DNA of 64,000 bases, from assembly GCA_050084985.1 (NCBI GenBank), contig JBITNC010000001.1, forward strand, positions 139,128,001 through 139,192,000, written 5' to 3'. Source of the stretch: Nageia nagi. Taxonomy: Eukaryota > Plantae > Pinophyta. Shown piece by piece: positions 41,341 through 54,348 of this stretch. A program made the position numbers and the translations under genes. The notes below the pieces were generated by a model. It was not told the DNA's origin, did not search any database, and saw only the letters and a program-made list of their open reading frames with translations. The stretch's first letter is position 1. Every line of letters begins with the position of its first letter.

Positions 41341-42790
41341 GGGATAGTGATAGGGAGGGCACGAGACAAGAAACACGAAGGGGTTGGAGGCAATTTAGGA
41401 TTCAAAGGGATGGGGATCCGTTCATAGCGGGTTTTGCATTTGGTAATAAGAGTTCTAGTGATGATGTACGGGTTGGGAGAGAATTGGTGGTGGTGATTTC
41501 ACCTTGATACTACGATCATCAATGTTACGATGATCTATGGATGGATTCAAGCGATACTAGTATAGTTTCTTCGTGTAAGAGGTTACAGTTGACACATATC
41601 TTTCAGAGGTAGAATGAAGAGGAGAAAATGTTTGTCTTAAAGTGTCAAACACTATCATCAATCAATCTATGGATAGACAAAAATTCAGTTTGGTAAGCAA
41701 GCTTCAATGCATTCGTCCTAATATTGATTCAATTTGTAAATATACAAAACTCAAATGGAAAATCAGAAGTAATGTGGAAGTGATTGCAATGCCTAATGAT
41801 TATCTCATGTTCATCTTTGAGAATGATGAAGATCTTGACTATGTCATGAGCAATTCTTGGTTTTTTCGGAAAGAGAGGATTATTCTTTAAGAAATGATAG
41901 CCAGGCTTCAACCCAACAAAGGCCAAAATTATGAGTGCCCCAACTTAGGTGACTCTTCCTAACCTCCCTTTTAAATTATGGCACTAGAAAGTTTTTTAAG
42001 GAATTGTTGGGTCCTTCGGTAAGTTTATTACAATTGATGATGTTACAAAAGCTCAAATTCAACTATGTGTGATGGTAGAATTCAAGGTAAGATTACCAAA
42101 GACCATAACTTTGGAATCAAATTTAGGGGAATGGGTTTAGGAGCTTCGGTTTGAAAGAAACAATATCCTTTCTTCAGTTTGCAATCAGGTTGGGCATAGC
42201 AGTAGTTCATGCCTTGCACAAAAGGAATGGTGTCCAAAAATACGGAATCAAAATACTTTAAATGGAGATGATCAAATAAATAAGGATGTGACCAACACTG
42301 ATAATGCACCTATCTCAGATTCGATTTATGGATCCCTAGATTCGATAATTGCAATTGAGGGAAGGATCATAGGTGCATCTAATGCAGTTTCATTAATTGC
42401 AAACAACTTCAATAATAATGATCTTATCCCTGATTCAATCACTGTAGAAGAAAACATTGAAAATAATAACCATAAGAAAGGCGTATTGGAAATGCGAACA
42501 CAGAATGATGGCTAGAAATAAGTAAATCCTAAAAAGAGACTACAAAATATTCCTTCAAAAAACTTATTAGATAATGATAAAAATCAAAGTTAGGAGGTAA
42601 TTTTAGAATCGTAAGGAGTATCTCAAAAATGCTAGATATTGGACAAAGGCATGTTGGATGACCAAGTGAAGGTAAGATAAAAGAAAAAGAAACTACCAAA
42701 GTTGCATATGGTAAACAGTCAACAATAGATGGTTTCAAGAAACGGTTTCTCTCGAAGCAGGAAAAGAAATGAGGTTTTTGTAGAGGACCT
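41340..42790 (+). mobile_element. L1 LINE fragment: ORF1 (DUF4283 plus zinc knuckle) and the first codons of ORF2
   Basis: 41642-41890 reads SLVSKL..KLKWKIRSNVEVIAMPNDYLMFIFENDEDLDYVMSNSWFF; knuckle (C)SVCNQVGHSSSSC 42171-42212; ORF1 tail G*PS..KEKET..GKQSTI; ORF2-like MRFL at 42769, then lost. Confidence 0.85.
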
Positions 42791-42877
42791 CTAATTTCAA
42801 CACTATGGTTGTCGTAGCTAAATTACTCTTGATTGAAAAGCTCTCTATTAGCTTATGTATAGAATTGGGTACAATTT

Positions 42878-42960
42878 TTATGGATACCATGTAGGTTATT
42901 GAATGTACATCATGTTCTATACAAAATAAACAAAACAAAATGTTATCGATACTGTTACAA
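42878..42960 (-). mobile_element. Possible LTR end plus Met-PBS remnant
   Basis: Minus strand reads ...caataacctaCA TGGTATCC. This is a short match only. Confidence 0.25.
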
Positions 42961-45900
42961 ATTTGTTGTTACAAGTTTTGGGTATATATAAAAAAAACTC
43001 CTTTCAATTTACAAATGACCCTTTTTTGTTCCAACCAAAAAAAATTATGAAAATTTTATATTTTTATAATATATGTGATTATCGAAAAAGAAATCATTAC
43101 GAGTCTTATGATGGTTATAGAGCAATCATTAAGTGTTGTAAAAACTTAAAAAAAAAGAATTATGATTCAAGTATCCTATAAATAATCAACGTAGAAAAAA
43201 ATTAATTAATGTTCAAAGTCAAAGATCATAATTAACTTTAAAGATAAAATTAAAATAATATTTGAAATACAATATTGATTATAAGATTGTCAAGATTTTT
43301 TTAATGATGGGTAAAGTCAAATAACAAATGTTAAGTTTGATTAATAAATAGATTATTTTGTTGTAAAGTTTAAGATGTAATAGAGATAACATGTAGTTCT
43401 AATTTTTACCTTGAGGTATTATTTTTATCAAAAAAAAATCATCCATTTTTGGAACATTTTATTTATCTTGGGAGGTGTAAACTTCCAATTGCTATAATTT
43501 CTTCATTCAAATGTCCTTTTTTCATTTCATATGATTTGTTTATTAACTTTAGTGATGTGTTGAATTTTAATAGATCTATCAATTTTATTTAAAATGGTTA
43601 ATTCTGGTTTGAATATTAGGTATTTGCTTGGTCAAGATAATTAATTAAAATAGAAGAGTGATATGCAACATAGGTTGATTGCTCATGAGCTTTATCAGTG
43701 TATTATTGATCATCCCACCTAAGAAATTACAAAAAAAAAGGACCAAACATTATCCTGGTATATTATGACCATTAATATTGACTATGAATATAGATATTTG
43801 TCTAATAAATACAAAGAAGATCCTAAGGATCTTTATGATGAAATAGAAAATAAATTCAACAAGGTGATTCATGAGAAAATCAACTTGAATAGGGATGATT
43901 TGAATTCATTAATGTTACAATATTTTGATTTATGATGATCTCTTTCATAGAATTACATGTCTTCTAAATCTAATTTCTACTCTACTAATTGTAGATATGT
44001 AAAAGAGAGAAAGTATAATAAAATAATGGTAAAGAACAATCCCAATATCTACTATAGGCCAAGTAACTCCAATGGCCAAGAATAACACTTCAATAAATGA
44101 AAGTAATAAAAGATATGCAATGAATAAGGCAATTTATACCTATCAAGATATAAATTTAGATACTTACCTATGATGAATGAACGAATGATGAACATGGACG
44201 AAGGATGACCCAACAAAGATATACCTAATATTATAAAGATTCATCGATAGGAAAGGGACTGTTGGTAGTTTGCTTGCATGAAATGGGTCATTGGTAGTTT
44301 AGATATATGGATATGGGTCATCAACAGTATGATTTTGAGAGATCTAGGCACCCAATGAAAGATCAATACTTTGTCAACTTGCAATAATATTAGTTTGTAC
44401 ACAATAATGATATGATAGCTTGCGTAAGATAGTTAGGCATCCAAATTCTAATTTTAATAAGGCGATATTGAAGAACACCTAAAGAGTATATCTCCACTAT
44501 CATGTTTCATAATCTATTTTACCAAATCTATCTTCATATTCAACTTATGTGATTATCCATTATATAGGTAGCTTGATGATGTTCACCCACACCTTGGGTC
44601 ACACCCACTCCTTGGTTCATGCGTTTCTGACAAACAAGAGACATAGTAGTCCACCATATTGATAATTATGATAATAAAATAAATAATTAAGATGAATCAA
44701 TAATGCCTATAATTAGATTTTTTAATTAATAAAAATAAAATTAGGGTATCTACAGATGCCCCACTTTGGAAGTATGATTGAAAAATACAAGTATTTGAAA
44801 ATCACACAGGGTCACTATTAGGAAATGGTAAATATCACATGAGTCCTACTAGGGGGTATATTTAATATAAAGTTGAATTATCAGTATATTAGTAAGTATT
44901 TTATAGGGGAAGGAGGGAAGGGATGTTTAAAATTCATGCATATGGGTCCTACAAATTTCCAATTATCTTATTTTGTGCATATGTCAAGTGATTTTCAGTG
45001 TGATCATTTTTTCACTTTCAAGTGATATTATTTTGCATGTTACTTTTTTGAATAAATACTTTTCACTCATTCTTAGGAGTCATCATTTCAGTTGACTTAA
45101 AATAATGGGAGATAAGGGTTTGATTAGCAAAGTTTTAGATTGATATAAGTCTAGATGACATTATCACTTGGGATAAAACTACTAAGGGGCATTAAAAATT
45201 GATACAATTTTTTCAGTAAAATTGTATGTTTTAAAAAAGGGGTCTTATTTATTAGATAAAAGTTTACCATGAGGGGTTTAATAAATTAAAAGAGAAGGTG
45301 GTAAATTTTAAAATTAGGGCATTCTTTAAGAATCCCGTGAACATAGGTGTTATGAAGGCTTTCTATTAAGTGACCCCTTGTGGAAAATCATGCATTCCAA
45401 AGTAAAACAAATAAAAAATTCACTAAGATTTTGTTGATCTATTTCATGATATTGCCAACTCCATGCCCCCTTTTTGACTTGGCTACTTTTCACAACAAGG
45501 CAAGAAATAAGGATTCAAGGCAAAAATAAGATGCACCAAAATGTTAATCGTCTACAAAAGACACTAATGCATATTCAATATTTTTTGCTTATCACACATG
45601 TCATAATAATATATTAGCTTTATTTAGGATTTACATATAGATATTTTTAATTATTGCTAATCGAACAACCAATATTAAGATAAACATGATGTATGTAGTT
45701 ATCTTGGAAATAAGGAAGGTCATGGATGGCAATGTCTTATAGTATATCTTTGTTTATCCCTAAAGATACAAAATAGATAATCTAAGAGTATAGCCATCTA
45801 CTCGTAAGGATCATAGATAACTTAGTCCAAATCATATGATATGATAAACATATTTCAATATAAACAGCAATGAATATTTTGCATCTTATATCTAAAACTT

Positions 45901-46274
45901 CTTAGATTAAGTTCCATCAATAACTGAATTAGATAAATAGGACATGTTTGATAACGAAGATGGCCTAATGAACCTTTGAAGATGCTACTCACTAGAACAA
46001 GATCACTTTTATAAGAAGAAAATTTTAATATAAAATATCAATGAATATTTGGCACCCTATAATTGAAAGATATGACTCAAACTTTCTTGAAGATGTTCAC
46101 TTGAAGCCAAATTGGATAAACATGAACCATTTCTACCCTATAAGAAACCAAAATTGGTCATTGATAAATTTTAATAAATTGATTTCTAATTATTGAATTT
46201 TCTAATATTAATTATTATATGCTCACATTATTACTAAAAAACTTTGAAAATTTGATCCGATGTTTCATCCAAAT

Positions 46275-46631
46275 AAGGACTACCATCAATCTAAAAATGT
46301 TTAGGAAGGATCACTAGTGGTCCACTTTTTACGAAATTTTTTAAAATTTCCAAGTGAACTAATCTTAATTTTTCTTTAGATGCTCACTTATGACCTATAA
46401 GATTGTTTAAATGCTCATTAAAATTTTTGAATTTGATTAACCACCTTATTGATTTTATTGAATTGAACTTAGACTTTTATGAACTGATATGATTTATCCC
46501 AACTAATTTTTCTATTTTTTCTCTTTTAATTAATGAAAACATGATCTTAAGAGGATCGCCAGTAGCTTAAATATAAATTGGGAGGATTAATAGCAGTCCA
46601 CTTTCTATATTGTGAGGACCACCAATGATCC
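46275..46631. repeat. Decayed array of a 16-bp near-palindrome (inferred ancestor GGACCGCCAGCGGTCC)
   Basis: ggactaccatcaatct ~46277, ggatcactagtggtcc ~46308, ggatcgccagtagctt ~46553, ggattaatagcagtcc ~46584, ggaccaccaatgatcc ~46616. Differences are mostly C>T or G>A. Confidence 0.6.
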
Positions 46632-47465
46632 TCTTCTCCAATCCAATTGAACTAATCTAAAATTGTATGCTGTAAATTTTCCCTTATGATCTATAACCCC
46701 AAATTTGTACCTTACAAAAGTTGTTAGAAATACAAAAATCGAAGCTGCATAGACAAACATGTATATAAATTTCTATAAATATACCTTCAACTCATTTTCA
46801 TTTACAAATTTATGTGTGTGGTTAGTGACTATTGGTGTTTGATTTTGGTAAGATTAGCAAGTACCCACCTGGTGTTTGGTGTTGTGAGTGCAATTTATGA
46901 GTTTTTGAGAATTGTACGTCCTTGGCCTAATTGTTATGGTACTTTCCATTACAAGAAGAGAAGGACACCAAGCTACCTTGGTTCATAATTTACCTATTGG
47001 TCATGTAGTAAATGATTCTTCATACTTTAATTTAATTTTTTACTTGATTTATATGAAATTTTTCTTTGGTTTTGCATGTATTTTAATTTTATTCCATTTT
47101 TATCCTAGGGTTACATTTGATTTGATTTTTCAATTTTTAGCCTGTAAAATGCCAAGTAAGACACAAATCTATTGTAGAAACAAAAAAATGATCTTGATCT
47201 TGAAATTTTGGCACCTAGAAATGTTGGACTAGAACCACCAACAATCTCTTTCAAACTTGAAAAATTTAGATATTTTGATCGATTTTAGAATGGTGTTGCC
47301 CATCCAACCCTACCATTAGATCATTAGGTGTATTTGTACCTCATTTCTATTAGTGACATAAGAAAATATTAAAATATACATGAATTAGTGATATGAATAA
47401 CATGAGTATTTACGATTTAGATATTCTTATGTATCTTATTATTTTCTTATTTTTTGTTGATGCAG

Positions 47466-49030
47466 GTTTGATTGTATTTGATGAGACCTACCAAATAGTT
47501 TTTGCCTTTGATCAATGTGTCTAATGGTATTTTTCCAAAGGATAATGAAATCCTTAATGCCTTATTGCTAGGGCACCTTAATGTCACTACCCCTTATATT
47601 TGGCATGAAAAGGATGTCTTGATAACCTTGATGTAGAGATGGTATAGCAAAATTAACACCTTCCATTTATCACCCAAAGAGATAAAAATTACACTAAAGG
47701 ATGTCTATCGGATCATGTGGATCCCTAATAGAGGGAAACTAATCAATATAGCACCTATTCCTAGCCAAGAAAGGGAAGAGGAGCTAGCATGATGGCTCAC
47801 AAGTACAGACAACTATCACTATAACAAGAGAGGATGTTTTCTATCACATGTGATTTCAAATGATCTTCCAATGCCTAAACAATGATTATGACCACTACTA
47901 GCTATATGTATAGATGTGTTATTATACCTATACAGGAGCAGTAAGACCTTCCTAGTGGGGATGATACCTATCATACATGATATAGTGGGAGAGTAGCAGA
48001 GATATGCATAAGCTATGGTTATAATAGATTAGTTATACTATGACCATCATGAGTTCATTATCATCTTCTAAGAGAGGAGAGGAATAGCTCACTCCATGCT
48101 ACTACAAGCATGGGCATATAAGCATATCATGCACCCTAGGGATCTACCAATGTACCTACCTAATGATGATTGACCTATGTGGTTCATATAGGTAGCCTAA
48201 TATAGATTGTACATCATGTTATATGACCTAGAGGAGTGGCAATTAAAACTAGACCTACTAATAGAAGCTAGGGTGCTATGGAATCCATACATATTACAAA
48301 TATATAAAGTGGGATGAGGACCTCTATGAGGTCACTTGTGCATGTTACTCTACATATATCTAGACTAGGTGGTAATATGTGGAGCTGTATCATCCAAAGA
48401 GAGTTATAGGAGAGGTCAAGATTTGATAAAGAATCCTTGAAAACCATGGCTTAGTAGTGTACTACTACAAGGATTGAGACCTTCTAGCAGGAGTTGAGCC
48501 ATGCCCAAACTAGGACTCTAGATAGGAGTCACCTTTAGAGGACTCAGATGTTCACATAAATCTAGAGGAGGATGGGCTAGAGCATAGTGAGGAGTACCTT
48601 GCATGGTGGATCATCCATCATGCATGTCACATTGATTTCTATGAGAAATTTGAGGAGGATCCTTACTAGCAACAGGATAAGGAGGATCCTCAAGATGAGG
48701 TGGTGGATGAGCGTAGATGGCATGATGACTACAATACTCCCTATTGGGGACAAGAGGAGTAGGAGGATGAGGAGGGGCCCCATCCTTGGGTTATCATCAT
48801 TACCCTTAATCCCATCAATGATTGAGGTAAAAATTACCTAGCTCCAATCTAGTTAGTACCTATACACTCAAAAATACAATACTAACAATCTCTATGTTTT
48901 ATTCTTATAGCCACACATTTGGAGTTGGAGGTGGAGAGGCTACAAAATGCCTTAAATTCCAAGAGTGTAAAGTATGAGGAGCTATAGTTCTAGCTAAAAT
49001 TTGGATACATGAAGATGTACCAAAGCTATA
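47466..49030 (+). pseudogene. PMD (MAIN-like) ORF antisense to element C, with acidic and coiled-coil C-terminus, degenerate
   Basis: 47637 reads RWYSKINTFHLSPKEIKITLKDVYRIMWIPNRG; ~48099 LLQAWAYKH; ~48925 ELEVERLQNAL. Preceded by a pyrimidine tract and TGCAG (47461-47465). Confidence 0.85.
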
Positions 49031-49867
49031 TGAGGAAAAGCTACAAATAATTTTCTACAAAATTTTAAAAAAAAATTATATGGCGATAATCTACAAATAA
49101 TTCTCTACAAAATTTGAAAAAAAAAAAAGAAAAGATGATAAGTTCAAGTCAAATTATGCATGCTGAACATGAGTAATTTTTGAAACAACAATCATGACCA
49201 ATGCAAAATTAATAAAAATTAAAATATTCAAGAAAAATTTATAAAAAAATATCCAATACAACCTTCAATATCTTAGGTATCTTTTCCCAAAAGGATTTTC
49301 AAAAATATTTTGATTTAGGTCAAATTATGCTTATCAGACACGTGCATTGTATGGTCTTGAAATAATATATTTTAAAACATAGTTTTTATTTATCCCTACA
49401 AAACTTTAATTTCTATCATATGGGTATTGTAATAAATTACATATATGAAAATTACACTCTAAGCACTACATTTTTACCGCAATGACCTTTTTCAAGATTT
49501 TATGTCTAAGTACTTCAAATTTTGAGATCAATTGTGATGAAGCTTGAAAATTAGAAAAATACTTCTACTTTTTTACCATAAAGTGGACCCAACATCTTGC
49601 ATTGACTTACTTACTTCGGGTATGCAAGCTCATGGAGGCTCATCATATCAATATGTTGTTGAATGATTACTACTTGTTTATTGAAATCATTTATGGTTGA
49701 TAATTGTATTGTAAACCATTTGTTCAAATGGTTATATAGTTGAGCCTTATCTAGATTTGATTTCTTCTCAAGATGTTAAGTTCTCATGTTCAATTGTATT
49801 TCTTATGTAGGATGACTCTTTTACGCTCTCATTTTATCTTGTCTTCTCTCTACCCCAATATTGCATT

Positions 49868-50408
49868 AAGGGGGAGTATTAGAACAAATAATGCACTATT
49901 GTATAAATTATACTTTATAAGGTATCTAAAGAATAATATCTCTTCTCTTTATCTAAATCTCTATTTAATCCACTAGATACTTAAAATTATTCCTAAATAC
50001 CATTAAATATTTTGTGAATTAAATATTAAAACTTGTTTTACGCTCATCCCATATATGAATATGCTTATCTCTTGGATTATGGCATTCCCCTTGGGTAAAA
50101 GGATGAGCCAAAGTAGAATTTTTGCCTATAAATTGAGGGCTCTTCTTAAGCATTCTTCACTCTAGTTGAAATCATTGTAATGCTCTTAGTGTGTAGAAGA
50201 ATAGGAGGAGAGAGTACTAGTGTTGCATTGTAAGAGTATGCTCTTGAGAAGTAATAAGATTTAGAGTAGAGTAGAGTACTCTTCAATTGAGAGGAACCAC
50301 TATACATCCTTGTATCTCTCTTTGTGTATGTGATTGTGTGCTCTTGAGTTGAAGATTAGGAGGATCTCTTCAAGTTTGATCTTGGGTGTAGAAGGATTCA
50401 TCTAATTT
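49868..50408 (+). mobile_element. Ty1/copia-type PPT and 3' LTR remnant
   Basis: aagggggag followed by T(A)TTAGA at 49877; TATA cctataaat ~50125; right end approximate. Confidence 0.6.
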
Positions 50409-50599
50409 CACTCTTTGGGCCACACATTACCTACAAGCAAGACACACATTAGTCCACTATATTGATAATTATTGTAATAATCTAAATAATTAAGATAAAT
50501 CAATACTACCAATAATTAGATTTTTAAATAAATAAAAATCAAATTAAGGTATCTACACTAAGGTATCTAGAACTTCTAAAAATTAACTTAAACCATCAT

Positions 50600-51485
50600 A
50601 TACACATCACCACCTAAATTTAAGGATGTTGATTCTTTTATTTATATAGATTTTGAGATTAGATATATTAGGGGGTCTCCTTATTTGGATATTTCTTATG
50701 TACTTTTGTGTAAAAAGGTTAGTAGTAAGGATTCCTTTGACAAAAAGGGAAAATATTTTTTGTTTGAGGAGTGAAAGAAAAGAGATAAAGGTAAAGAGAA
50801 GTTGAAGGGACAAGAAAAAAAAGGCAAATATGATATAACCATTTAAATATGATAAATCTGATATAGTAGGACATAAGATTAAGATGTGTGATAAGAAAAT
50901 GGAGGTTATTGAGGAAGAATTAGATTTACTCAAGTTAAGGATGATAAGGGGGATGCTTCAAAGACTAAAATTTTCTTTTCCTACTCTAATAAGGTACATT
51001 GATTCTAATTATTCATCTTCTACTTAATGGTATATTGATCCAAGAGCTTCTCATAATATATGTATCTACAAAGAATAGTATTAATATCAAGAAGAGGTGT
51101 GATGGGAGGTATAGGGGTGGGTGTTGGGGATGTCGAAGGTTTGGGATGGATTACTACATAACTTGATTTTTTGCCTTTTCTATTGATGATTGTAATCCAC
51201 TCCTCTAGATATTCTCTTGGATATTAAGAATTGGGGTCTTATCATTATGACCCATTAACTAGTGGATATTTAGGTATAAATACCCTCTATTAAAAGTACC
51301 TTATTTTGTGTGTAGTTGATTGATATTGATAATAAGTATTTAGGAGTTTGATGTGTACAACTCATTATTAAATATGAAGGTCACTAAATAAACATCAAGA
51401 AACTCCTCGAGTTCCTTGGATAGGTCAATTTTCACACAAACATATTTATGAGAGAGCACTAAATATAATGTAATGGCCTACTACA
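50600..51485 (+). mobile_element. Internally deleted Ty1/copia remnant (gag knuckle, protease, PPT, short LTR)
   Basis: KYDKSDIVGHKIKMC decayed knuckle ~50845-50890; WYIDPRASHNIC at 51028 (copia W.lDSGAS.H motif); aggggtggg followed by TGTTGGGG (51122)...ctactACA (51485). Confidence 0.6.
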
Positions 51486-51641
51486 ATTTTCCATCCCATA
51501 GATCAATTGATCTCTGGTGGACATTAATATACTTTACCTTTACCTTTTTACTATGAAAATGATCTATTTAATGAATTCATTTTTTTATAAATAAACTTAC
51601 AAATTCTAAACAATGATATATATTCATTAATATCATGAATA

Positions 51642-51696
51642 ATATATATATATATATATGTATGTATGTATGTATATATATATATATATATGTATA
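51642..51696. repeat. Compound (AT)n/(ATGT)n microsatellite
   Basis: Read directly. Confidence 0.9.
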
Positions 51697-54348
51697 ATTT
51701 TTTTTATTTTATTCTCTCAAATGAAATCAAATAATAAAATACTATAATAAAATTATATTTATAATGAACCATAATTAAATTGGAAAAGAAAAGTTCATGT
51801 AGGTATTATTATCTTCCATTGCTCTTCTATTTCATAAACTACTACATAAAGCAAATATGCAATTAAATAAATTTATTAGAAAAAAGGTGCAATGTGAAGA
51901 TAGATTCTTTGCTTCGTAATAAATAGTTTTCATTTAATTTTTAATATGTAAAGTGTTTAAGTGTAGTTAATTTATTTAGTGTGTAAAAATAAATTTAAAA
52001 TTAAAGTGAATATCAATTCCTCACTCAAGTAACATTGTCTCTTGAGGTAGGTGTAGCCACCCTTTGTAGCCTATCAACCTCTCTTATAGATGACCTCTAC
52101 TCATTTAACAACTTCACCCTTTGGTGAAGTAGCTGGAGTAAGTAATGGCATGGATATTGAGCAAGATACCCCATAAGTTCATGCTAAAACTATTCCATAA
52201 GGTAATGTTTCTAATAACACTTTGGTTGTTTGTATTCCAATGTTGAGTGATTTTGTTGGTTTATTTCAATAGATTGATACCCACACTTTGATTGGGTATT
52301 TTTTGAGTAGAGTGCCTAGTGAGTCAATTTTATATTCATGGGTTAAGCGGACTTGGGCTCCTCATAGAGTGAAATTATTGGTAGGAAAAACCTTACAAAA
52401 GATTTTTTCTTATTTTATTTTGTAACCTCTGCACATGCGCAAAAAGTTTTGGCTCATGGCCCTTGGTCTATACTTTGTTACTTTTTCAATCTTAGACAAA
52501 AGATTTCTCAATTGCTAATGTTGTGTCCCTTAAATTTCCTATCTAGGTTGAGTTCCCCAATTTATCTTTACTTTTGTGACCTCATTTTAAGTGCATCATT
52601 GCTCCTCTTGGAGAGTTTATATACCAAGATGAAGATAAGTTTTTCTCTTCTCAACCTCACTGCTAATATTGTGTTAAGGTTGACTTGTGTAAAGACCTTC
52701 AACATTACACGATATCTAAATAGGAGACTATAAGTTTTACCAAGAATTAAATTATATTAATTTACCAAATACTTGTTATAGGTGTCATTCCAATATCCAT
52801 ATCATTTATGAGTGTCCCTTGATGGAAGGAAACTTTAAGCCCAAGAATACGGCTTCCGGGTCCCCTAATGGGAACAATCCCAATCCAACTTAGGGTGAAT
52901 GGTCTACTATAGTTTGTAAAGAAAAGAATGGTAGAAATAGTACCAATTCTAATTGGAAGCCTTCTACTTTGGAAGGTGGTTCAATTTTCGATAACACTTC
53001 TAATGCTAATGGGAAGCCTTATGCTCTTAAAAGTAATTATTCTCTAGTCATTCAAGCTCCTTCATATCAACTGGTTGAGACTCCATAGATAGTTGTACCA
53101 CACCTAGAAATAATTTCTTCTTTCAAGTCAATTTTCTTAGGTTCTAAGGATACAGTTATTATTCAATCCCTTCCTTGACGATAGGAAAAAATTAAGACAT
53201 GTGGGGATCGAAAGTCCCATAACCCTCCCCATGAATCTATTCACCTCAAGAAATATTACCATTCTTCTTTAATTCAGAGTGACCATGATGGCTTTTTAAG
53301 TAATACTTATGAATCACTCTATCAGTTCAAGGAATTATAGTAGTTGAAGGTTGAAATCATGGATCATCATTATTTATGAATTTTTTGTCATGGAATGTTA
53401 GAGGGTTATCAGACCCTACATAAAAATATTTTGATCCGAATTGAATCATGTCAGGTTGATCTCTGCAAGAGTAGTACTCATTCCAAAGGTATCTATTCTT
53501 GGAGGTTAACCAAAGATTAAAATCTGGAGGTGATTGGTGATAAAAATCACATCGTTAATAGCCTAAGTATACTATTTTTAGGTTAACAACCTTCATTTTG
53601 ATTAGTTAGTAGTAGAAGTTGAAGGGTATCAATGGTTCAAATAGTTGAGCAATTTAGGATCATCAACCAACATCTTAAAGATATTTCTAGGCCTATTTTA
53701 AGGCATGATACTCTCTTGATTCTTCAATCTTAGCTTAGAGTATTTAGGTGTTTTAGGATTGTAAAGATTTGAAGGAAGACCAAGAGTCATTCCAAAATTT
53801 TTGTAGTTCTAAAGTTGTTCTTCTTGTTGTAGGAGATTGCAGTAGTGTTGTAGGAGATGGTATTGTCATTATTTTGATGGTATTTCTTTATATGCATGTA
53901 ATATTATAATTTTCATAGACAATGAGAAGAGAAGGCTCCAATTCCATGCTAGATTAGCCCATATTGGGTGAAATAAGGTAAATCATTATGTTGATCTTAT
54001 TGTGTGTGATTGAGATTGTTAATTTGTAGTTTTACATTATGTAATTTTGATTTTATATGTAATATGATGGGTTTCATAATGGTGAATATTTTTTCATTCA
54101 AATCTGTAAGTGAGGATTTGAGTACGCTATAAGCATCCAATGATTACAGATCACGTGGTATCAAAGCTTATGTGCATAAAATTTAGGGATAAAATTTTAG
54201 GGATTTTAGGCCATCAATGGCATAATTTTTAATGTTCAAGAGGAGATCTCAAAGATCAAAATTGATTTTGGAGGATCCTAAGATTGGTCAAAGGTGTAAA
54301 GTGATTGAAATGGATGATTTAGAGGAACAATAGTCTATTGTTTGTACC

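Larger units (their letters stand above)
43610..50557 (-). mobile_element. Element C: Tat/Ogre-like LTR element with antisense PMD, gag-pol missing
   Basis: Minus-strand PPT tccaaagtggggcatc (44770-44755) followed by TGTAGATACCC. LTR start duplicated as a 149-bp repeat, 44606-44754 vs 50409-50557. PMD on the + strand. Left boundary approximate. Confidence 0.7.

Noticed and set aside
47466-49030. PMD as a domesticated functional MAIN/MAIL-like host gene
   Set aside because: Multiple stops and frameshifts, and it lies inside LTR/PPT boundaries.
49130-49550. Possible DNA-transposon (MULE/CACTA) terminal fragment
   Set aside because: Only a compositional impression; no TIR pair or TSD found.
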